Assembly (NCBI GenBank): GCA_964057225.1
Contig: OZ059894.1
Coordinates: 9,796,001-9,860,000 of the forward strand
Direction of reading: 5' to 3'
Source of the DNA: Auanema rhodensis
Lineage: Eukaryota > Animalia > Nematoda
Length of the DNA: 64,000 nt
The notes beneath the pieces were generated by a model. That model searched no databases. It worked only from the letters and a program-made list of their open reading frames with translations, and was not told where the DNA came from. This document shows positions 52,901 through 64,000 of this stretch, piece after piece. The position numbers were made by a program, and so were the translations under genes. Position 1 is the stretch's first letter, and the number at the start of each line of letters is the position of its first letter.

Positions 52901-55900
52901 TTCATCTTATGTATTCAAATATATAAATATTATTATTATTATTTTATCTTTTCAGAACCTTTTTTGAATAAATCGATGATGATTGAAGGTGATGTTTTCT
53001 TACAATCACATCGACGTCCCCGTCATCGTGCTATTCCTGTAATGAGAGCCAATGCTCGAATGGCAGATAGAATAACATTCAAGGAATGGTTGCGTGAAGT
53101 GGCAACACTACGTAAAGGTATGTTTCAATATTCCATTAAGTAGGCAACTGAAATTCGGTGGTTGATGTTACTGGGTAGCAATAGTAATACAATCTCAGCA
53201 ATACTCTCATCTTTACAAGAATTTCCGGTACCGGAATAAATATAGAATATGGGAAATCCTTAATCCTTCATCAAATTCATACTTGCACTAGTTGAAACAG
53301 AGTGTTTCATTTCCACTAGGATTGTATTCAGATGAGATGTGATGTCTCTAGTTAATTTTGGAGATTTAGAAAGCTTTCTAAAGTTTCTATATGTTTATTA
53401 ATAAATAAAGATCCAATATAGAGAGCTACAACCATATCTATATATAGTTATCTATATAATATACAGATATAGATATTCTATGTAGAAATTCGGTAGATTC
53501 ACTGGATTCATAAAGACCTTAAGAGATCTGATGGATTGTCAGCAGATTTGCATAGGTAATCCGTCAATTTTGTCTATTTGCTTCTTTTCTGTTCATCACA
53601 TTTGCAAGTACCTGAATGGCGACGATAGCGACAGATAGTTGACGCATTCTGCGTGAAATCGGGGGGACCAGATGATGAGGGGTTACAGTGTGTCGTTATA
53701 GAGGAACAACCACCAACGACTTGACAAAACTTGTAGATTATACCTGTATTGTCATGCATATACATACATTCATCAACATCATACTTTTGTCATTTTCATT
53801 ATGCCAACCATGAATGCAACTATGAATCTGCTTTCATCTGAATACATCCGATGCGTTTGGCGTTTAGAGCGTAGGCTATAGTGAAGGGCCTAGCTGGAAA
53901 AGGATAGTTTGCTGGCTGGCTTCTTCTTAGCATACTCTGTAATTTGCAGCCAGTTACCAGTAGTTGAATTTATCTGCAGAGGCGATAAATCAGGTATCGA
54001 ATCATACGGATGACCAATTGTGGCAAACAATCATTATATAGAACATATTTTGACAGAATAACAGTTAAGCAATACAGTCTTTCTCTACTTTGAAATGTTT
54101 TTAACCGAAAAATCACTAAAGAATAGGGAAGTTAGGCATGTATGACCACATCCATACTGTTCTTTCACGGCTACTCATCTTCGGTTACATCTTACAAATG
54201 AACCTATTGCGCCTTTTTCCCAGAAAAACGTTCATTAGTCACACCTGTGATGTAGCCGACTAGCAAACTTCAAATTCACAACTTCCATTCATCATTCAGC
54301 ATTTTTAGCTGATTTGCCGAAAGCAGACATTAATAAGATTAAGCTTACCAGGCTGTAAAAAATGTTGTAAAGTTTTGGTTGTGATGTCGATGAGCAAAGA
54401 AGATGATGAATTGCGGTAGCTAACAGAATGTAAACACTATGTATCTGACCCTGTTCTCTTAATTAAGAATTATTACAAAGAGATATAACATCAATAGCAT
54501 TTTTTCTTTTATTGTCATAATATCTATATCAAATATTTTGAATAATACTAGATGTATTTGAGGGATTAGAGAAGTTAATTACTTTTCATTTCAGCCATTA
54601 AAATTAATTTTCGATCAACTGAAGTTGTTCGACCTGTATTACAATACTTGTATGCTACCCAAGCTGATCCAACATCTCCAATTCTTCAATATCCTGTCAT
54701 TCTTCATGCGAATGTGTTCCGTGCACCTCGTAGTTTAGAGGTAAACTATATGCATATAGTTATCGTAATTTTAAAAAATTTTTTATTAGATGCCAGTTGA
54801 TCCTTCTACATTCGTTGAGAAAACATCTAGCTTGTTCCCAGATGCAACATTATCTTTGGGATGGACAAAACAATTGAATTACAGTAGTTTGGAGACGAAA
54901 TTCAAAAAGTATGTTTCATGAAGAGTACAAGTTGTCATCATCCTTATACGATTGTTTTTTTTATCAGAAGTATTTCAGATTAACATGGCATCAGTTGTTT
55001 GATATTCTTGAATATATTGACAAACTTGATCAGCCTGTGATGCTTTCCGTTCGTCTATCAATGGTATTATTTTATATTTTTTTCTTCAAATAACAAACAA
55101 AGGGATCTCCTTTAATTAAATTAATGAAAATTTTAAATTAGCTGGAGTCAATTTATGGATGAGATCTTGACCTAAATCACGGAAAATATAAAATAAATCA
55201 TGCGAGAAGAGGAAACAAAACGAGAGTAACATAAGGTGCGAAAGAGAGATTGAGAGAGAAAGAGAGATTGAGAATGAGCACAACATGTTCTGTAGTTTTA
55301 CATACAGCTAATTGCTTAACGATCAATTTTTTTTATTAAAAATTAATAGAATTATAATTATAATTCAGAATAATATGTCTTAAATTCTTAATTTTACCTC
55401 ACATATATCCCATTATATTCATCTTCTTTCGTTTCTTTTGTGAGAGCTTGATGCTCATACCATGTGCTACAGCATATAATAAGAGGAAATAACATTATAA
55501 TTGAAGAGATCATAAGTTATACAGTTCTCATGGCCCTTATTTATTTTTGAGGAACAACACGTGTAATCGGATCCCAAATGGTCAGTAGTTTATCCTCTTG
55601 AATGTTCTGATCATTCTCTTCATCTCGTCATAACCATCTTCTTTTCTCCTCCATATTCAGCTTGACCTAAAGTCTCATATCTCGCTCTCTCTTTCTATCT
55701 CTCTCTCTCTCTATCAACTATTTTAGGGCTCATCTCTCTTTCTCTTTTCGTGAAATTGAAGAGCAAATATAATAAATTGCAAAACAAATGAGATGTCTAA
55801 TGGCTTTTATGGAACTAAGTTTCAGTCTCAACCATAGACAGTACATTTGAATGTTTGAGAGGGAGAGAGAAGAGGCAGATGAAGGGGAGATGGGTGGAAG

Positions 55901-57420
55901 TGAAGGAAGATGTACAACAGGAAGGGATATAGTCGATGTTTCTTTGATTTTCACTATTTGACAAGCTTTTATACTTCATATAAGCTATTAATATGCTAAT
56001 TATGCAAGTGACCTCTTGTAACCTAAAAAAAAAGCCGAAATGTTTGAGAATTAACGACAAGCCATTAGGTTAAAAATTAGAAAATAATTTAAAATTCTCG
56101 AAAGGAAATAAAGAAATGACATTACAGGCGGCAAATTCAAAAGATCAACTGCTGTGGCTTCTGGGGATAGATCAATCAGTATCTTTGCTTATATGGAGTG
56201 ATGCTGAAGATGAGGTATTCAATACGATACAAGATTATTAATCTCATATTCAATGAATTAGGTTCTTGATTGGAAAGAAATCAGTGATTTACGTCGACAA
56301 GCCACAAAGAATCGTGTGCTGTATGATCTAACACCATTACATCGAGCAATATTGGAGAATATAACTAGTGAACCAATAGAGGTATTCGTATTTCATACAT
56401 ACGCAATCCAAGACATTACCTTTTTCTTCAGACGAAAGCTTCGTTCTCTCTATCTGATTGGCATCCTGTTGCTTTTGCCAGTTCATCATCCGATATGCTC
56501 TCTACTGTTGTTCGTAGTGAGAGAGGACCGGCTTTCTTGGGACATCCATCAACTATTCTACTTTCACAACTAACTCCACCTGACTTTCCATCTCATCAAT
56601 TGGTGACCGGAAAGGTAACTGATGATGAAGCATCTGAATCTAATTTGTTCGTTTAAGGTTCATTTTCTGATGAAAAGAATTAGCCGACATACTGATGTTG
56701 AACAGAAAAGTGGATTAGTTATATACTTATTAGATAAAATTCAAGATATTGAATCTCCTGTAATCAAAAATGCCTTACAAGTAAGATTTTCTTGTCAAAG
56801 TCTTCTATTCTTTACTTTTCTACAAATTTGACATAAACACATGAATTTTTCAGGTTTTTATCGGATATGATGGACGGGTTACAATCGAGAATAGGATGAA
56901 AAATCAACCAAAATTCTATGAAACCAAATCGGTTGGTCAATTACCAAAATCCGAATGTTATGGTTTTAATGGTTAGTAGTTGATGACAAACTATCATCTA
57001 TTTTCACACACTTACAGTAATCGACCGTGGCTATACCGTAATAGCTGAAATCTGGACGGAAAAGTGCCGATCACACACCCACACAACTCGTGAACGTCGA
57101 CGACCTCATCAGGACATCACGCGAATTGAACTTGATACTCCATTCAAAAAGTAAATTTTTCAATTTTAAAATAAGAAGAAGTCATCGAAGACATAAAACG
57201 AATTAGAGGACAGCAGAAAATTAGAGAAAAAGAGCGAATAAAGATTGAATTACATACAAAATGTATTTATAGAAATCGTCCACTTCGATCAGTTGTCGTA
57301 TCAAAAACTGGAGATGGTGCTGTAGACTTCTTATTGGAAGAATTACATCATAGCTCAAGCTATCTATCACACTTATCAATAGTTTTATTCTTGTTAATTA
57401 TACTTTTACGGCTATATTAG
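49924..57420 (+). CDS. mnr-1: Menorin (FAM151 family, PLC-like/DUF2181 domain); 13 exons with signal peptide and hydrophobic/GPI-like tail
   Basis: Exon 1 (49924-49987) encodes [21 protein letters not shown]. It is followed by [58 protein letters not shown] and QPVMLSVR, ending [15 protein letters not shown]. Confidence 0.93.
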
Positions 57421-60400
57421 ATTGATTATTATGAGAATTATCCATCACTGATTGTTCTTTTTAGATTTATTTTATATTTTCTTTACTTATATCCTAGTCA
57501 ATTCAATGGTTTATTTTTCAGATTTTTTCATCAACCTCTTGACTAGGTATCATATTTTGTTTCTTAGAAAAACAAATATTTCATCTGTGATAATTTGCAA
57601 TTGAATCTTAAAATTTTGGCTTTTTAAAGCCAAATTTTCATCTTCAACTTGCTATTCAACCTTCAACCCCGTGCATTCTTGTCAAGAATTTTATTATTTT
57701 CATACATTGTTTTTCAAAAAAAAGAAAGAAAAGAAAAGAAAATCCATCACAAAATCATCTTCATCATCATCGCATTTTTTTAAAATTTTCCCTCAAGATC
57801 TGTAACATGGCAGGAACCTCATTTTCATATATTTTTTAATTTTTTTTTAAAAATCTGAATAAATGATTTAAATTATTTGAAAAAAAAGTTTTTTTTTAAA
57901 TTCAATTTATAATTTGATTTCTGAACTGTGAGATATACATATAGTATAGTATATATTAATAGTTCTTTCATGTTTATGTATTTTGGTAGTTTCTAACGGT
58001 GGTCTTGTGTCCTCATTGCGGAGCGTTGGACCGTCAAAAGTCAAGTTGAATATGACTAGTTTTTAGATGAAATATGCTATTGTTAATTCTTTTTGTATTC
58101 TATATATCTTTTGAAATTAAAATTATTTTAAAAAATAAAAAAGTTGTAGTTATTTATTGGTTGGGATATTCACTAATAATCTCAATTCTAGATGTATTTT
58201 TGGGTTTTTCCTTTTGAAATTGAGGGAGGAATGGGGGAGAGGAGAGGGGGTTTATATTGAAGTGATCAAGAGAGCAAAGTGGGTTAGAAAGATTTGATGA
58301 CATGATTATATATTTACAACTTATACATATATTAGATAAATATAACAATTTTTATTAATTTATAAATTATTTATAACATATATATTTTAATTTTTGCTAA
58401 TATTAAATATAAAAATAAGAAAAGAATCATATAATTAACACGAGAAACGAACAACCGATCTGTGATGTCGTTTAAACTCAAAATGAATTTCAAAATTGCA
58501 CGCACGTGATATTCTAATTGAAGACGTACACTGACGATTCACGTCAAAAAATTAAATTCTAACGTCAGAATTGGAAAATAGTCTTGTTGCGGTGTATGTA
58601 CCTTGCTCAACATCTGTTTGTGCTTTCACGCCACAAAAATCTTTCACCTTTGTTTTCTGATTTCTCATCTGAATCATCGGAACGACAAACTGCCAACTGA
58701 TTATTGAGAAAAATGCGTGAAGACATGCGACAAGCCGAACAGATCTTCAAAGCTGTTTGCTCATCGTTTTTAGGAACTTCGTCTGTGTTCTTATCACTTC
58801 TTACGTATGATGATCTCAGTCAATATTTCAGTTATTTGTCTCATTCAACGTGTGATCTTCAATCTCAATCTTGTTTGAATAGAAAATCAAGCTTTTTCAC
58901 CTGCTCATCTCCATTCCACTGATAGCTATTCCTCCAAACTTGCAACAACTATACTTTCCCTGTTATTCTATTTACCATTGCTCTCTCCCCCCATTTTCTT
59001 TCAACCTTTTCTACAAAACTTGCTAAGATTAAGCTTTGTTATTGATTAAACTTTCAAAAATTTGAAAAAATATTTTATAAATAGATGAGAAATGCTAATT
59101 CTATTGTTCCTATTTAAATAATTTCCCAGACTTATTTCGTCTAGATTGTCAAAGTTCAAATAGTTTTAAGCATTTGATTGGCTGGTCATTCATCAGTCAT
59201 TCCACCCTGATTAAGCATCTAAAGTCTAATGCTTCATTCTCTTTCATTTGTCTCGAACAAGGTTGTCAACAGCTTTAGAGTTTTCATATTCAAATTTAGA
59301 AAATTCATCAGCTGAACAAAGACGAATTTGAAAGCAAATTCCTTTTTTTAAGTTATCAATTCAATAAAGTGAATGGATAGAACAGAGAAATACGATAAAC
59401 GACATGAGATGAGTATGCCCGACGAGGTTAAGGAGGTTAAGTCAGCCACTCTCTGTTGACCATGAACCATGGCGGCCATATCAAGCTCCAGCTTGTTGCA
59501 ATCCTACAAATTGGATGATGACGTAAGCTGTTGAACGGCCACCAAAGAACTGCAAAGCATCAGTTTTGTAGGCTACTACGTTCATTCTTGAACATCCTAC
59601 ATCTACATATTGTCCTTTTTCTCCTATTGCTCCCTTCTTTCAACTTTCAACTATAATTTTGTTTGAATGTGTATATACACATACATACATACACTATGTA
59701 TAGCCCCCATTATTCGGTATAAATCACAGCCCACGATGATGACGACGACGGCGACGTCGCTATACAAAGCTTGTACACGTCAGCTATAACTCCAGAAACC
59801 AACGATGATCATTATAATCCTTTATTCATTCATAGACCTCATATATGTTTTCTATTTTTGAATTCAAATGAAAGCCATATAAATCAAAATATTTGTATTT
59901 AGGCTTTAATTACCATGAAATAAACATCTCCAACTTAGTTCATTTGAGCTTAAAAAGTAACTTGTTATGATTTAGCTGGGAGAAGATTCAAAGAGATTTA
60001 TTTTTATTTTGAAAACAAACAAATAAATATTATATTCTTAAGATTTAATATAATTTTTCCAATGTCTTCTCAAGTTTGATAAGAAACAGTTTAACAAAAA
60101 AAAGTTGGATATTAATACTTTTTCAGACGAATTGTTTAACGAAAAACATGCTGAAAAAGCTGAAAATTGAAATATGATTAAGTTCAGTAAAGACAAAATA
60201 TCTAATAAACTATATAGAGAGAAACAAATAATTTAAAATTATAATCTAAGTTAAGAATCCAGATGTTATTATTCAGCTGTTTAACTATATATTATTAATT
60301 CTCCCGAAGCTATTATGAATTTTCATGTATTTTTATACTTTTTTCCCCCATTAATCCGGTCCGCATAATATTGAAAAGCCACTAGTAGCCAGTATGTGTC

Positions 60401-61483
60401 TGCTTTAGAAAATTTCAATAGATTTCTTTTTTTCATCAATTCAAATGAAAAATCTTTTGCATTTAAACGATGAGCTAGTGAAAAGAATTCTTTGTCGGAA
60501 ATCCTTATTCACTTGCTCTTCTTCTTTGACGTCGCCGTGTCCACCCATCTTCACATCAGATGACATACACAGTGTATCTGTTGGCCAATAAGAACAGCAA
60601 TTACATGTATTTCAACTATTACTTGTGAACTCTTTGAAACAATCATCAATTCTTTGTGTTTCTTCACTCTGTTTTTGTATTTTTGTTTAAAAAAAAAACA
60701 AAAAAACATTAGAAGTTGAGCAATTAAGCCAATTTCAAGCTAACAGAAGTTTTTGAAGGAAAAACTTAATGAGCATTTTTTACTTTTATCTTTGAAACAT
60801 TGTTTTTCAACTTATGCTTCTATTTTTTCCAATTCACAATTCTGTCACATTAGTCTAATAGAGTTCATATTCCCTTAACTTTTTTCTCTCTTTCTCTCTC
60901 TCTTTCCTTCTCTCTCTATCATACTTGGATACCGAAGTATTTTGAAGGATGAGAACATTTACTTTAAAGCTTTACCGATTAAATTAAAAATGAAATTAGT
61001 GACTCAAAGATCTGATCAGGTTTTGAGCTTAGATGAGAGACTGCTCAGCTGAACCCGCGGCATCATTTTTCCTTTCCTGGCTAGTTGTTCGAAAGTAGAA
61101 TTTTTTTTATCCCCATTTGCCTTGAAAACGGTGGCACATTAGCATCAATTTCCCTAAATTCAGTTCCTTTTTGATATTCATGACAGAAGTCTTTCATGTT
61201 TTTAGGGATTTCAATTTCACATTGTCTTTCCTACTCCCAAACTATACTCTTCTTTCCTGACGTCAATCGGATGAACATCTTAGGCTCCACAGTCAGTCAT
61301 TTGATCAGTTTTCATGAGCATATGCGTGTGAGAGTTATCTCTGCTATGCTCTGAAGAAAACAGACCATTTCATCGTTTTATCCATTTTCTCAACTCATCA
61401 TATTCTCTTCTACTTCCGATCCTCAGGACATCCATGACGACGTCTGTTTGCAATTCAATTCATCTGTGCCTGTGTCCGTGTCT

Positions 61484-61501
61484 GTGTGTGTGTGTGTGTG
61501 T
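61484..61501. repeat. (GT)n microsatellite
   Basis: Direct inspection. Confidence 0.8.
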
Positions 61502-61849
61502 CCCTCCTGAAATTGTGTCGGTCATGCCTGTCCTTCAGCATGTTCACCGTCATCATGATGTCATGTAAAAGCTGACCGGCGATTGTGTCTCATGTCTCCG
61601 AGACTGCTGCTGCTGATGTGAATTAGCTTGAATTTCACAAAAATCCTTAAAATATAATTGTCGATTTAACATTAAATATTCATTGTGATGTGCTGAAAAC
61701 AATTAAAAGTTCAAACAATCAACTATGGAAAACATCACAAAATCTCCCAGATTAGCACAAGCCAATCTTTTTATTTTAAATTATTATTTTTCAATAGAAA
61801 ACGAAGAAATAATAATGTTTCATTTACGTATTTATTCAAGAGAATTTGC

Positions 61850-61854
<5 letters not shown>

Positions 61855-61899
<45 letters not shown>

Positions 61900-61914
61900 T
61901 CTCTCTCTCTCTCT
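61855..61914. repeat. (CT)n microsatellite
   Basis: Direct inspection; further CT tracts occur at ~62400-62440 and ~63525-63560. Confidence 0.9.
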
Positions 61915-64000
61915 TTTTCAGAGTTTCATATTCATCATTTCAATTTGACGTGACAAAGATTTTCTTCCACGTATTCCACGTATCTTAGGTACGTCACGTC
62001 ACGTGGAATTTGTAAGGAAATATCACATATGTATGTATATACATATGGATACTATGCACAAGAAATATGAGGAACGGTTGCTCATACCTTTCATTTTTCC
62101 CTTCTTTTTCAGAAAATTTCAAACAAAAAATTGAAGAAAATTTTTCAAAATTTTTAATCTTTATCTATGAAGATTAGATAAATTCATTTGTGTTTTTTCT
62201 TGCAAATCTCGTTACCTACATGCATACACCGAGTGAAAATCTAGTTTATCACTACAAGAGGTCCAGCAGAACCAGGAAAATGCTGGAAGCCTGATCATCT
62301 TTCTTACGTTTTGTGAACCAGCTCTTCTTCTTCTTCTTCTTCTGCTTCTTAATCAACACCATCTCTTCTATATACCTCGTTTCGTTTTCTCTCACCTTCA
62401 CTCTCTCTCTCCCCCCCCCATCTCTCTCTCTCTCTCTCTCTCACTTTCCCTCTTGTATATTCCTACAGTCATCATCATCATTATGTTTGTCAATGAATTA
62501 AATAAGAGACAGGATGCCAGATGGTTATGTTCTTCAGCTTTAAAATTCTTCTTACCTTTCTGTTTCTCGTCAACGTTCTCATGGCTTTCAGCTCATTTTC
62601 TTTTTCCCAATTATATTTTTCTCATTTGCCCGCACAAGATTTTTTTTGTTATCTTTGGGTAAAGAAAAAAGCTAATTCCCTGTTTTTGTGTTCCGAGAGC
62701 ATCTCAAAGACCTTCAATCATCTACAGCTCACCTACAACCAACTTTTACTCCTTCGCATGAAGCGCATCAAGCTGCTTGGCCCCATATGCTTTTCACATT
62801 CTTTTTTTCAGTTTTTGGAGCCAATTGTTCATATAATCCTCATATGCTTTGTTTAAATTATTTCTCAGTGATTAAATTACATAAAAACACAAAAAAAAGC
62901 TTTTGGCAAACATGAGGCAAACGCGAGCTGAGCCTATTCATCACTGAAATTATGGAAAGAACCTAAGCTTCTGGTCAACCTCTAACCATATCCAATCCCT
63001 TCAAACTTTGTCAATCCCACCACATCTTACTCATATATAAAGTGCTTCAACAAAAATGTATTCACATGATTTTGTTGTGTTGAAAACGAAAGAGATAGAG
63101 AGAGATAGAGAGAGAGTGATGCACCTCCATCTCCGTCTTCTCATTTTCGTTGATCGTAGTTCTCTGTTCGTCATAAGCTTATCGAAATATGTCAAATCAG
63201 ATGAGAAACAGCAACGAAAATTGAGAATATTAATACATTTTTTGTTTTTTTGTCATCTGAACTCATCTCCTCTTCTTTCACACCTCACTCTACTTCACCA
63301 TCTCAAACAATGATGAGCACTTCTTCTTTCACTTTTGTACCTCCCCGTGTGATCTTTGTTACTTTACACAATATTCAATTTTCAATAATTTTTTTTAAGA
63401 AAAAAAAGTTTTAAAAATAATAAACTTGAAAGCTAAACTTTGAAAATTTCAAGAATTAATATAAACTGATTGAAACTATTATGCTGTGTTGTTTACATTG
63501 GATTGAAACTCTTTTTTCATATTTCTCTCTCTTTCTCTCTCTCTCTCTCCCTCTCTCTCTACCTATGTATGTAGATATACTTATCTCCTGGAATAATATT
63601 TTCTTTTCAATATAATCATTATTCATCTATTTCTTATAATCTTTTTGAAGAAAAAGCTTTTATCTCCCCCTTCTAATCCATATTTGCTTCCACTTTTTTT
63701 TGTAAAAAAACAGTTGGAGGCAGCGGAAAAGCGAAAAGTAAATTTGTCTGCTCCTCTTCCTTCTTTCTCCATCCTTCGTCTGTGTATATTGAAGCAAAGT
63801 ATAACTAAGATTCTAAACGGCAAATTGTTGATTTGATGTCCTTATATCTTCATAAACTTTAACAGAACGTTTGAGAAGCCAAGTTGATATTATGCGTTGA
63901 AGGAGAGATGTTGTTTGTGTGATTCAGTTCAGATAACTTCCGCATACCATCCAGATAGACGTAGCAACAAAAAGCATCAGATGATCAGATGATCATGATT

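Noticed and set aside
54381-54450. C/D-box snoRNA-like motifs in a menorin intron (a similar pair at ~8727-8765)
   Set aside because: Box spacing is short or the C box imperfect, and I recognised no rRNA-complementary guide.
55159-55183. TGAGATC bantam/mir-58-like seed (and a mir-2-like ATCACAGC at ~59723)
   Set aside because: No complementary arm to form a pre-miRNA hairpin.
58600-58922. Open frames on both strands
   Set aside because: No convincing start or acceptor and no homology recognised.
1-64000. Transposons, CRISPR arrays, rRNA, SL RNA
   Set aside because: I saw no transposase or RT motifs, long terminal or inverted repeats, spaced repeat arrays, or leader sequences; short MITEs could have been missed by eye.

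Overview
AT-rich eukaryotic genomic DNA from a nematode, probably rhabditid (TTTCAG-type acceptors, many 40-50 nt introns, C. elegans-like genes). The ORF track is mostly uninformative because the genes are finely spliced, so I assembled exons by hand. In order: ~7.4 kb of non-coding DNA carrying a repeated TGTCAGAC motif; an F-box gene; clathrin light chain (clic-1); a coiled-coil gene resembling SDCCAG8; tRNA-Phe(GAA); an uncharacterised gene; a secreted Pro/Met-rich peptide; a GLD-2-family nucleotidyltransferase with a dsRBD-like N-terminus (- strand) head-to-head (~457 bp) with an RDE-1-like Argonaute whose last catalytic residue is Asn instead of His (+ strand); a Ly6/three-finger GPI protein; a small single-pass protein with PY motifs; a KChIP/NCS-like EF-hand gene with alternative first exons; a riboflavin transporter; menorin (mnr-1); and ~6.5 kb of non-coding DNA. 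The best candidate for an undescribed system is the divergent pair of dsRBD-nucleotidyltransferase and variant-tetrad Argonaute. All homology calls come from motif recognition, not database searches, and exon boundaries may be off by a few nt.
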